64,000 bases of DNA from Laetmonice hystrix (taxonomy: Eukaryota), in assembly GCA_965235115.1 (NCBI GenBank), contig OZ249436.1:7814001-7878000 (forward strand), read 5' to 3'. Under the pieces are notes generated by a model. That model searched no databases, was not told where the DNA came from, and saw only the letters and a program-made list of their open reading frames with translations. Positions within the stretch are counted from its first letter, which is position 1; each line of letters opens with the position of its first letter. The position numbers and the translations under genes were made by a program. Below are positions 37,001-49,900 of this stretch, piece by piece.

Positions 37001-38926
37001 GGCACGAAGTCTTGTTGGAGCGACGAGGACAGAGGAAGTCAGTAAATATGTGGCCAGTGGCGCAGGCTGGCGGCTGTGTAGAGAACTAATGGGCATGCAC
37101 ACACACAACTGGCAAGAGATTGCACGCGGGCCACACAGCAGCAATGGTAAATTGTGAGCATGGACGTATATATAAAACTAACTTTGGCCATTCTAGTCTA
37201 GTCCTGACAGCAGCCTGTATCGGGTAGGCTAGTCCTTGACGGTCTTTCTTACTTTACTTCTCCATGGTTCTGATGTATGTAAACCGTAAAAACATTATGG
37301 CATAAGTACAGATAGAAGTCTCATACATCCGAATGATGGCCTGATATAGAAAACCATGTTGAAAGCTTGACAAGATATTTTGTGTGCGAAGGGTGGACGA
37401 TATCCGATATGTACAAAGATGATATCGTCAAAAAAGTAGTCGCTCGCTGAAATAAAACCCCATAGAATTCTTTTTCCAGTGAAGTAAAATGCAAGGGTAG
37501 TTTGGAAATAATGTACACATCGTCCCTGCGACTGAATGATGCTAATTTTTTTTTAAACAGGTAGTATTTTCTTTCCTCTCCGGAGATCAGCTAAGATATG
37601 CCACGGCACAATATCTACAGAAAGCCGCCATCTTTATTTGTAAATCAAACAAGTGTCGGATACCCAGCTGTAAGTCTCAAATAGACGCGCTTTTATTATC
37701 CCATCCCCCGTCAGGGGATGGGATCTTGATATTGTCTGGTTTCGTCTTCTGTATTATTATTATTATCCCATCCCCCATCAAGGGGATGGGATTTTGAAAT
37801 TGTGTGGTTTCATCTTCCGTATTATTCCCGTAGGTTGTAGTAGTTAGACTCATTCCCTTATAGCATCATATCTCGCTCATTTTTCAAGATATCAATACGA
37901 AACTTGGTAGGCATATTAAGGACACCAGAGAGAAATGCCAGTTTGAAGCATGACGTCATATGACGTCATGTCATGACGTTATGACGTAGATTTTCTTTTG
38001 TACATTTAGGCCCATTTTCTCAGCCCATATCGGGAATTTCAAAAATACCTCGTGCCACTATAATCAGGCAAGGGTGTTGCCTAAATATGACCCTTAATTT
38101 GACCTTTGGCCTTTGACCTTAGGGAGAACTGGGTCAAACGTCACAAATCGGTTAAATCGTAAATGCTTCCCCATTTTGGGGTAAAATTTAATAATATAGG
38201 GTAAAAACATTCTCCAATGAAAGCTTCAAAAAATAGAGCAGCGGATAAGCAATTTGATCTATTTTCACAGAACCACGTGACCTTGAAGTTTTGAATGTGG
38301 GTCTTTTCGGAGAATAATCGCTGTAACGTTTGAAAGACTCCAGACAGAGGCATAATTGTTCATGAACCTGATACACTTTGGTGGCCTCTTTAATTAGGTA
38401 TCATAATTTTGGTGTCACGTGACTTCTTACGTCATCTACAACGTCATTTGTGTAATTTGCATTAGCGACGGAATGGTAAGCTCACACCCTTTAATATGTA
38501 TAGGGTAGGGACTTCAAAGTGTTCAAATTTTATATTATAAGTGTCAATAAGCAAAATTTATAATTAACAAGACAGCAGTTCAATATATACCAAAATAGTG
38601 AGGACAGGCGGCGAATTTCACGATTAATGGATGACCTACTTTGTGACATGTTCCCTCTCTTATGTGGGTCAGTCCTGCGTGGACACGGTCGCTATGGTAG
38701 ACTAAAAGTAGGGCATGTGTATATATCCGACATTATCACATCCTTCGTCATGAAATTTTAGGAGTAGCTTGCTAACATGTTAAGCTTCGTGCCTCTAAAA
38801 TATAAAGGCAATACTCATTATAGTTTGGGCAGGCGACGGTTGGAAAGAGATGGGGGATGTTGGCAGCAGACACCCTGCAATGAACGCCCGCCCGCCTGGC
38901 TGCCTGCCTGCCTCCCCTGCTCACAC

Positions 38927-38954
38927 CAACGAGTATAGAATTCTATACTCCTTG
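38927..38954. mobile_element. 28 bp palindromic mini-insertion with 7 bp target duplication
   Basis: CAACGAGTATAGAATTCTATACTCCTTG flanked by CTCACAC on both sides. A diverged second copy lies at 58524-58551. Confidence 0.6.
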
Positions 38955-39250
38955 CTCACACTGACCACAATATATGGCCGTATCGCCGTTGCGAGTTTTG
39001 TTACCTTGTATCAAACCTTTTGAGGAGACTTCTAATAATGAAAGGAAGTAGGCCTAATCATTCGTTACATGTAGGGGGTCTAAGTTTTTGAAATGCTTGC
39101 ACATGTTGTCTGACCGCACATGTCTCTCCCAACCCTATTAATAGATGGAGCGCAGACAGGCAGGCAGTGGCGGTCTGCACATAAATTAAGGAATCAATTA
39201 GTGACCTGCAATTATCTTCTGCAACCCCACCCTTGTTGCTGTTGGTTAAA

Positions 39251-39258
<8 letters not shown>

Positions 39259-39286
<28 letters not shown>

Positions 39287-39306
39287 AGATCTTTCTCTCT
39301 CTCTCT
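39259..39306. repeat. (CT)n microsatellite
   Basis: Direct reading. Confidence 0.9.
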
Positions 39307-41661
39307 GAAAGGCACACCACACCAAGCACACATGGACACAGATCTACTTCACATGTCGGGTGGCGCCCCCCCCCCATGTTGACTTAACGATTTATCAGTG
39401 CCGATTACAGGGGTAAATATATACTTGCATGGGGTGACTCTTTCTTGTTTTCAATATTGAATGTATATGGCTAGCCTTGCCACATTTTCTACTTGAAAAA
39501 GCTCCCCTTTTTTCACCACATCTTCATCAGTAAGACATTAAATAAGACCCACATTATTAAGACCACATTATTTGGAGAAGTACCAGAGTAGGCCTAATTA
39601 GTGCTTGGGTACATGGGGGTTAGGGTGACTGAGATATCAGTAACACATTGAATAAGACCCACATTATTATGGCCACATTATTTGGAACAGCAGTTAGTTA
39701 GTACTTGGTATATGGGGATCGGGGGTGACAGACGCCCTTCTCCTTAATCGGACTGAAGTCAGCGGGCTGGGGAGGGGGACTGGCGGTGGAAGGGACGTCC
39801 TGGCGGGAGGGAAGGTCGCCACCGCTACTGCTGCAAACCCTTCATCTAGGTATAAGTATGATTCCCTGACCAACAGTTCTCAGAACAGACGAACCCGATT
39901 TTGGCCCAAAACCCACAAGATTTACTTTCTACTCACATACACACACCTGGACACTGCCCACTGGACTGCGTTCTGTTTCATTAAATATCCCCATAAAAGA
40001 CTGGCGGATGATCCAGGATTTTGCGTTGGGATTGGGGGGGGGGGGGTGGTGGTGAAGGCAATTATAGCGACATGATAACTCTGGTATTCTTTCTTTCATA
40101 CCGCATGTTAAGTAGGGTTGTATAAATAAAGGATAAACACCGTTCAAAAGCACGGCTCCCTGGTTTATCATAGATTAAAAACCATTTGACCACCATATCC
40201 CTGCTACTGGCAAAGAGGCGCCTTCGAAAACTATATTAAAAAGCATCATTCTGCAGAAGTTCATGGCGCTGCTCGGCAGGCGAAGGGCTGAGGACACGTG
40301 TTCCCACGCTTACCTGCCGCCCCCTGGTGGCCGCATATGCTACTTTGTGAACATGGGTGCCGAAAAAGTGGTGTTTATTTTTCAAACTTTCAGCCTATAT
40401 GAACTGTTGTACATTCTGTAAATAGCTGACTACACCATCTGAAAGGAAATTCTCTTTAGGGCCTATCTTGAAAATCATCCCGTTTTACATGCAATTGAAT
40501 ACCTTTCTTTTGCTCCAAAATGGGCCAAAGCATTCAAATCTCAATATTTGCTGAGGCATGTCCTATCCCTTAGCGCTCGCCCATTGGTTCTACAAGGCCG
40601 GGATCGCAGCACCTACAGATGGAGCCACCAAATTGCAGACTGTATAAAGCACTGCTCTGTTTGGCTCAGAGCCTAATCACAAAAATAAAAGAGAAAATGC
40701 ATAATACTCGCATAGTAACGTAAAATCACCTTATAAAAGTATAAGTATGTTCATATTTTAGTATAATCCTGCTGTGTCGCTTAATGATTTACTTTGTCCT
40801 GTAAGTGTAACTGCTAAACGGTACCAGAAAGGCCCATAGTCACTCTTAAACACGATGGAAAGATATGCTCTTTTAATATTTATTATATAGCATATCGTAT
40901 GACGTCATATTGACGTCATTGACATATTCTCAAAATTTCCACAGGCCTGCACATGCTAAACGGTGCTGAACCCTGTATCTTTGCCCCCCCCCCTGGAAAA
41001 TTATCTTCCGATGCCTATGATAATGATGGCATTGGAATTTCTTGTGAAAGGTACAAGATGGAGCAATGTTTCATGTTGAAAACGAATAGAATACAATGGG
41101 TCGGACGGGAACGCCCCAGGGGGATGGGATTCATAATGTGGCTATTGCCACATCCTATCTAGTTATTCTTTGCGTTGTAGTTGTAGTAGTAGTAGTTAGA
41201 CATTTCGTTCTATCTCAGTCATTTTTCAAGATATCTAAATCAAACTTGGCTCAGATCTTGACCATGACAAAGCCAGGTCACACAATCAATCATGACGTCA
41301 CGTAACGTCACGTCATGACGTCATGACGTCAAACGTGTCTTGCATATTGGGGCCATATTTTTAAAGGTCATATTCGTAATTTTCAAAACCCGTCATAGCG
41401 TTTTAATCAGGCAAGGGTCCTGTGTCAATTCGACCCTTCATTTGACCTTTGACTTTTGACCTTAGGGAGAACTGTCTCCTAGGTCAGAATCCGGTTAAAT
41501 CTCTACTTCTTCCCCATTTCTTCGTAAAATTTGACAATATTTGGTAGTACTATTCTACACTGAAAGCTTCAAAATATACCGCACGGGATTAGCGATTTGA
41601 CCTATATTCACTGAACCACGTGACCTTAACGTTTTCAACAGTGGTCAGTTTAGATATTTAT

Positions 41662-44087
41662 GGCTATAACTTGTAATCAGTGGCAGATACGGCCATAGTT
41701 ACCATTGAACATGAATAGGAAGTCATATATGGTCTTTCATTTGACACCATAATTTTTTAGGTCACGTGACCTATGACGTCATAACGACGTCACCTATATT
41801 TTCCCAGGGCCATACCTTGTAAATGGTTGAAGATAGAGCCATAGTTACTATTAAACACTAATAGGAAGTCATATATACTCTTTCATTATACACCTTCATT
41901 TTCCAGGTCACGTGACCTATGACGTCATAAGGATGTCATTGACATTTTCTCAGGGCTTTAACTTGTAAACGGTGCCAGATAGAGCCATAGTTACTCTTGA
42001 ACACGAATAGGAAGTCATATATGGTCTTTCATTTGACACCATTATTTTTTAGGTCACGTGACCTATGACGTCATAACGACGTCACCTATATTTTCCCAGG
42101 GCCATAACTTGTAAATGGTTGAAGATAGAGCCATAGTTACTATTAAACACTAATAGGAAGTCATATATACTCTTTCATTATACACCTTCATTTTTCAGGT
42201 CACGTGACCTATGACGTCATAAGGATCTCATTGACATTTTCTCAGGGCTATAACTTGTAAACTGTGCCAGATAGAGCCATAGTTACTCTTGAACACGAAT
42301 AGGAAGTGATATATGGTCTTTCTTTTGGCACCATTGTTTTGTAAGTCACGTGACCCATGACGTCTTAACGACGTCAGCTATATTTTTCCAGGGCCATAAC
42401 TTGTAAATGGTTGAAGATAGAGCCATAGTTACTATTAAACACTAATAGGAAGTCATATATACTCTTTCATTATACACCTTCATTTTCCAGGTCACGTGAC
42501 TTATGACGTCAGAGCAAGGTCGCCAATATGTTCTCAGGGCTATAACTTGTAAACGGTGCCAGATAGGGCCATAGTTACTATTGAACATGAATATGAAGTC
42601 ATATATGGTCTTTCATTTGGCACCATTGTTTTGTAGGTCACGTGACCTATGACGTCATAACGACGTCACCTATATTTTCCCAGGGCCATAACTTGTAAAT
42701 GGTTGAAGATAGAGCCATAGTTACTATTAAACACTAATAGGAAGTTATATATGCTCTTTTATTATGCACCCATATTTTTCAAGTCACGTGACCTATGACG
42801 TCATATCAAGGTCGCCAATATGTTCTCAGGGCTATAACTTGTAAACGGTGGCAGATAGGGCCATAGTTACTATTGAACACGAATAGGAAGTTATATGGTG
42901 TTTCATTTGACACCATTAATTTGGAGGTCACGTGACCTATGACGTCATAACGACTTCACCTATATTTTCCCAGGGCTATAACTTGTAAATGGTTGAAGAT
43001 AGAGCCATAGTTACTATTAAACACTAATAGGAAGTCATATTTGCTCTTTCATTATACACCTTCATTTTCCAGGGCACGTGACCTATGACGTCATAAGGAT
43101 GTCATTGACATTTTCTCAGGGCTATAACTTGTAAACTGTGCCAGATAGAGCCATAGTTACTCTTGAACACGAATAGGAAGTCATATATGGTCTTTCATTT
43201 GGCACCATTGTTTTATAAGTCACGTGACCCATGACGTCTTAACGTCGTCACCTATATTTTCCCATGCCCATAACTTGTAAATGGTTGAAGATAGAGCCAT
43301 AGTTACTATTAAACACTAATAGGAAGTCATATATACTCTTTCATTATACACCTTCATTTTCCAGGTTACGTGACTTATGACGTCAGATCAAGGTCGCCAA
43401 TATGTTCTCAGGGCCATAACTTGTAAACGGTGCCAGATAGGGCCATAGTTGCTATTGAACACGAATAGGAAGTCATATATGGTCTTTCATTTGAGACCAT
43501 TATTTTTCGGGTCACGTGACCTGTGACGTCATAACGACGTCACCTATATTTGCCCAGCGTGATAACTTGTAAATGGATGAAGATAGAGCCATAGTTACTA
43601 TTAAACAGTAATAGGAAGTCATATGTACCCTTTCATTATACACCTTCATTTTCCAGGTCACGTGACCTATGACGTCATAAGAATGTCATTGGCATTTTCT
43701 AAGGGCTATAACTTGTAAATGGTTGAAGATTGAGCCTTAGTTACCAGTAAACCCTAATATGAAGTCTTATATACATGCTCTTTCATTATGCACCCATAAC
43801 TTTCCAGTCACGTGACCTATGACGTCATAGCAAGGTCGCCAATATTTTCCCAGGGCTATAACTTGTAAACGGTGCCAGATAGGGCCATAGTTACTATTGA
43901 ACACGAATAGGAAGTCATATATGATATTTCATTTGGCACCATTGTTTTGTACGTCAAGTGACCTATGACGTCATAAGGAGGTCACCTATATATTCCCTGG
44001 GCTATAACTTGTAAATGGTTGAAGATGCAGCCATAGTTACTATGACGTCATAAGGATGTCATAAATATCCTCTCAGGGCTATAACTT
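41662..44087. repeat. 146 bp satellite array (about 16-17 units) with alternating A/B variants (292 bp dimer) inside the HINE-like element
   Basis: GCCATAGTT recurs every 146 bp (for example near 41691, 41837, 41983). Units largely alternate AAATGGTTGAAGATAG / AAACGGTGCCAGATAG. Confidence 0.95.
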
Positions 44088-45355
44088 GACACCTTTCCTG
44101 GCACTTCACAAACACCACTGCCTATCACAGATGTGTCGGGAAGTGTCTGCCTTGAACGTAGCTCTTCTCAAACTCAATATCAGAAAGGACATGTCACCCC
44201 AGGGATGGGATCCATCGTGGTCTCGCCACGACATGACTAGTTTCAGCATATGTATTGTGTTTGAAATAGGCTATGGCAACAGGGAGTGTATAAATGTTGT
44301 GCGAATCGCCACCGTGCGTGGATGTGACTAGCATTGTGGTACAGATCACTTTGACTTGCGGAGTCAGGGAGTTGAAGTCTCAGCAGAAAGTTTGTCTTAG
44401 ATATCTAGTGAAGGTGTGTGCGTGTTTGCCATACCTATGGGTAGGTATATGCACGTGTGTTTGTTTTTACCTATGTGAGAGACAGAGTTACGAGGTTTTA
44501 TCTCTTCTTCTCGGGACGGAAGCGACCATATTTTCTCTCAAGCTGGAGAAGGGGGGTCAGAGGAGAGCTAGTTGTTCGCCGCATGAGGAAAGTTGGGCAC
44601 CTTGTTCGCAGGCCTTGTCAATATGCGTGGATTGCTATGTCAATATTAGCTATCTGCCTTGGACCGCTCTGCACCAGCGATAAGTAAATCTCACTTTGTA
44701 ATAAACAGTTGTTGGTCAAATCTACTCACTGCGGTCGTGTTTACCGAAGATAATGACTAGATAAATATGTACTGTGTTATTAGCAACACAAACATGAATT
44801 GAACACCATTATCAATATTGGTGCAGACGGAGTGTGTGAACATCCGAGGTGGGTAAATATGTACTCGCTTGCCATGACAGCAATGCACCAAATGAGAAAA
44901 TGACACACCAACGCAAAACATGGCCATCCACAATGCACGGAGAAGACAGTTGCGAAAGATCCCTGTTTGAATACAGAAAATGAGACGGCCCCTGACAAAA
45001 GCATGGGTTTTGTGTTCACCGAGAGTGTAAAGTTCTGTGTGAACTGTCGCCATTCTATTGATCATTGTAAATTGGCAAGCTCCCATTTTTCGTTGCTGTG
45101 TTCGCAATTTGCATAGTCATGAATGTTTGACTGGTGAGCGCTTTGCAAATATTATAACTTTATACAAGAGAGCGTCAGGTTCTTAGAGCATTAGAACTAC
45201 CTTGCTGACTTGCCTCCTGAGTATGTGTGAGTAGGGACCCCTCCACAGACGAACTGAGGGGGTTGCTTTTGGAAGAACAGCAAAGGGCTGCAATACAAGA
45301 GGAGGAGTTGATCAGAGGTGAAGTTAATTTCCGGATAAACAAACACATCTCAACC

Positions 45356-45968
45356 AACAAATTTAACTTTTAGTGGCTCTAATGAGACCACAGGATTGAT
45401 CATACAGCGCCTCTTCTCAGAAAGTTTATAACAAACAAATTTAACTTTTAGTGGCTCTAATGAGACCACAGGATTGATCATACAGCGCCTCTTCTCAGAA
45501 AGTTTATAACAAACAAATTTAACTTTTAGTGGCTCTAATGAGACCACAGGATTGATCATACAGCGCCTCTTCTCAGAAAGTTTATAACAAACAAATTTAA
45601 CTTTTAGTGGCTCTAATGAGATCACAGGATTGATCATACAGCGCCTCTTCTCAGAAAGTTTATAACAAACAAATTTAACTTTTAGTGGCTCTAATGAGAT
45701 CACAGGATTGATCATACAGCGCCTCTTCTCAGAAAGTTTATAACAAACAAATTTAACTTTTAGTGGCTCTAATGAGACCACAGGATTGATCATACAGCGC
45801 CTCTTCTCAGAAAGTTTATAACAAACAAATTTAACTTTTAGTGGCTCTAATGAGATCAAAGGATTGATCATACAGCGCCTCTTCTCAGAAAGTTTATAAC
45901 AAACAAATTTAACTGTTAGTGGCTCTAATGAGACCACAGGATTGATCATACAGCGCCTCTTCTCAGAA
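45356..45968. repeat. Tandem repeat, 78 bp unit, about 8 near-identical copies
   Basis: AACAAATTTAACTTTTAGTGGCTCTAATGAGACCACAGGATTGATCATACAGCGCCTCTTCTCAGAAAGTTTATAACA repeated. Confidence 0.97.
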
Positions 45969-46960
45969 TTTGAAAAATATAGACTTTGATTACCGATACT
46001 TTCTTTTACTTTTACACAAATTTTATTGTCAGATTTGAAAGTACGGATGACTTGGACCGTTGGAGGGGGAGCAGGCAGATTTCATAGGATTCATAACTGC
46101 ACAATGTACCAGAAAATATAATAATATTTACGGTATAAACACGGAAATCCGAAGCGTTATTGTCTTGGCTTATGGAAGACGATTACACCTTCCATGCAAC
46201 GATATTACATAGATGCCGTTTCTGCCATTCACCAAACAATGTGACTGGTCTCCCCTTACGCGTTCAAATGGCTACCTGGTTTTAAAGTGTCAGTCTGACC
46301 TACTTACAAAATTGCATCTCTAGGAAAAGTTATGATGTCTGGAACAAGTGGTTCAGCCATCAAACAGGTGTGATTCTTTGTCGCCATGGGCAACGGCAAA
46401 ATAATAAGAAAAAGAAACTTTTGAATAAAAAAAATGGGTCCGAGGATAAGCAAACAATTGAAGGTGATATATGGTGCTGGTCATTGTTAATCCACAAGAT
46501 GGATGTGTTCATACCTAAGGTCACCGCTAGATGTCGCTGGTCAATTTGAAGCTCCACTGGCTCTCAGCCAGCGAGATTATCAGACCGTCCACCAGGCGGC
46601 CACTTTTCACCCTTTCCATTTGTTAGGAATATGGCAAGCCGAGTAACTCATAAACCAATCAGATTGGACGTTTGAGGAGGCGTGGTGTGAGGGCATTACC
46701 TGTATAAAAATAATCATCCAAAAGTGAAAATGTTCCTCTCTAAATGAGCTTGGCAACAGGCGTTCTACAGAGCAGGAAGAGGATACAGCGTTTATAAGTA
46801 GAGGGGCGGGTCGATAGGAATGGTAAGTGTATATAAGATGGGCAAACTCTTGTAAATTAGGGCATCATGCTTACAAACTTTTAGGGGTGCGACCGCCCTG
46901 ATCACTCCCCTGTGTGTACTCGTTCTTCATTTTGTTACAAGGTGAAAAGTCATGAAAGAT

Positions 46961-49900
46961 GATGAAGATAGAACTCGGTTTATAGGTCATGGGTATGATA
47001 AAGATAGAACTCGGTTTATAGGTCATGGGTATGATGAAGATAGAACTCGGTTTATAGGTCATGAGGTGTGATGAAGATAGAACTCGGTTTATAGGTCATG
47101 AGATGTGATAAAGATAGAACTCGGTTTATAGGTCATGGGTATGATGAAGATAGAACTCGGTTTATAGGTCATGAGGTGTGATGAAGATAGAACTCGGTTT
47201 ATAGGTCATGGGTATGATGAAGATAGAACTGGGTTTATAGGTCATGAGGTGTGATGAAGATAGAACTCGGTTTATAGGTCATGAGGTGTGATGAATATAG
47301 AACTCGGTTTATAGGTCATGAGGTGTGATGAAGATAGAACTCGGTTTATAGGTCATGAGGTGTGATGAAGATAGAACTCGGTTTATAGGTCATGAGGTGT
47401 GATGAAGATAGAACTCGGTTTATAGGTCATGAGGTGTGATGAAGATAGAACTCGGTTTATAGGTCATGAGGTGTGATGAAGATAGAACTCGGTTTATAGG
47501 TCATGAGGTGTGATAAAGATAGAACTCGGTTTATAGGTCATGAGGTGTGATGAAGATAGAACTCGGTTTATAGGTCATGAGGTGTGATGAAGATAGAACT
47601 CGGTTTATAGGTCATGGGTATGATGAAGATAGAACTCGGTTTATAGGTCATGAGGTGTGATGAAGATAGAACTCGGTTTAGAGGTCATGAGGTGTGATGA
47701 AGATAGAACTCGGTTTATAGGTCATGGGTATGATGAAGATAGAACTCGGTTTATAGGTCATGAGGTGTGATAAAGATAGAACTCGGTTTATAGGTCATGA
47801 GGTGTGATGAAGATAGAACTCGGTTTATAGGTCATGAGGTGTGATGAAGATAGAACTCGGTTTATAGGTCATGAGGTGTGATGAAGATAGAACTCGGTTT
47901 ATAGGTCATGAGGTGTGATGAAGATAGAACTCGGTTTATAGGTCATGAGGTGTGATAAAGATAGAACTCGGTTTATAGGTCATGAGGTGTGATGAATATA
48001 GAACTCGGTTTATAGGTCATGAGGTGTGATGAAGATAGAACTCGGTTTATAGGTCATGAGGTGTGATGAAGATAGAACTGGGTTTATAGGTCATGAGGTG
48101 TGATGAAGATAGAACTCGGTTTATAGGTCATGAGGTGTGATGAAGATAGAACTCGGTTTATAGGTCATGGGTATGATGAAGATAGAACTCGGTTTATAGG
48201 TCATGAGGTGTGATGAAGATAGAACTGGGTTTATAGGTCATGAGGTGTGATGAAGATAGAACTCGGTTTAGAGGTCATGGGTATGATGAAGATAGAACTC
48301 GGTTTATAGGTCATGGGTATGATGAAGATAGAACTCGGTTTATAGGTCATGAGGTGTGATGAAGATAGAACTCGGTTTATAGGTCATGAGGTGTGATGAA
48401 GATAGAACTCGGTTTATAGGTCATGGGTATGATGAAGATAGAACTGGGTTTATAGGTCATGAGGTGTGATGAAGATAGAACTCGGTTTATAGGTCATGAG
48501 GTGTGATGAAGATAGAACTCGGTTTATAGGTCATGAGGTGTGATGAAGATAGAACTCGGTTTATAGGTCATGGGTATGATGAAGATAGAACTCGGTTTAG
48601 AGGTCATGAGGTGTGATGAAGATAGAACTCGGTTTATAGGTCATGAGGTGTGATGAAGATAGAACTGGGTTTATAGGTCATGAGGTGTGATGAAGATAGA
48701 ACTCGGTTTATAGGTCATGAGGTGTGATGAAGATAGAACTGGGTTTATAGGTCATGGGTATGATGAAGATAGAACTCGGTTTAGAGGTCATGAGGTGTGA
48801 TGAAGATCGAACTCGGTTTATAGGTCATGGGTATGATGAAGATAGAACTCGGTTTAGAGGTCATGGGTATGATGAAGATAGAACTCGGTTTATAGGTCAT
48901 GGGTATGATGAAGATAGAACTCGGTTTAGAGGTCATGGGTATGATGAAGATAGAACTCGGTTTATAGGTCATGAGGTGTGATGAAGATAGAACTCGGTTT
49001 ATAGGTCATGGGTATGATGAAGATAGAACTCGGTTTATAGGTCATGAGGTGTGATGAAGATAGAACTCGGTTTATAGGTCATGAGGTGTGATGAAGATAG
49101 AGCTTGGTTTATAGGTCATGAGGTGTGATGAAGATAGAACTCGGTTTATAGGTCATGGGTATGATGAATATAGAACTCGGTTTATAGGTCATGGGTATGA
49201 TGAAGATAGAACTCGGTTTAGAGGTCATGAGGTGTGACGAAGATAGAACTCGGTTTATAGGTCATGAGGTGTGATGAAGATAGAACTCGGTTTATAGGTC
49301 ATGGGTATGATGAAGATAGAACTCGGTTTATAGGTCATGAGGTGTGATGAAGATAGAACTCGGTTTAGAGGTCATGAGGGGTGATGAAGATAGAACTCGG
49401 TTTATAGGTCATGAGGTGTGATGAAGATAGAACTCGGTTTATAGGTCATGAGGTGTGATGAAGATAGAACTCGGTTTATAGGTCATGAGGTGTGATGAAG
49501 ATAGAACTCGGTTTATAGGTCATGAAGTGTGATGAAGATAGAACTTGGTTTATAGGTCATGAGGTGTGATGAAGATAGAACTTGGTTTATAGGTCATGAG
49601 GTGTGATGAAGATAGAACTCGGTTTAGAGGTCATGGGTATGATGAAGATAGAACTCGGTTTATAGGTCATGAGGTGTGATGAAGATAGAACTCGGTTTAT
49701 AGGTCATGAGGTATGATGAAGATAGAACTCGGTTTATAGGTCATGAGGTGTGATGAAGATAGAACTCGGTTTATAGGTCATGAGGTGTGATGGACATAGA
49801 ACTCGGTTTATAGGTCATGAGGTGTGATAAAGATAGAACTCGGTTTATAGGTCATGAGGTATGATGAAGATAGAACTCGGTTTATAGGTCATGAGGTGTG

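Larger units (their letters stand above)
37760..41162 (+). mobile_element. Related HINE-like element nested inside the outer copy
   Basis: It has its own 5' stem ATCCCATCCCC...GGGGATGGGAT and a core (37800-38450) similar to 41165-41790. The 3' end has GGGATGGGAT (41121-41130), hairpin ATGTGGC-TATT-GCCACAT and a CTAG|TT end. Confidence 0.7.
37692..44240 (+). mobile_element. Helentron-associated (HINE/DINE-like) non-autonomous element, outer copy (37692-37759 plus 41163-44240)
   Basis: 5' TTATTATCCCATCCCC...GGGGATGGGAT stem; (ATT)/(GTA) microsatellite; conserved core; 146 bp internal satellite; 3' subterminal GGGATGGGAT (44202-44211); hairpin TCGTGG-TCTCG-CCACGA; CTAG|TTT end. Confidence 0.75.

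Noticed and set aside
41662..44087. CRISPR- or attC-like array of palindromes
   Set aside because: Sequences between the palindromes are homologous repeat units, not unique spacers or cassettes.
44295..44760. Possible solo LTR (TGTTGTG start, AATAAA near 44700, ATAAA on both flanks)
   Set aside because: The 3' end lacks CA and terminal inverted repeats; no second copy or PBS/PPT to support it.
45350..45949. 199 aa ORF of 26-aa repeats
   Set aside because: The 78 bp unit is a multiple of three; no unique flanking coding sequence or splice context.
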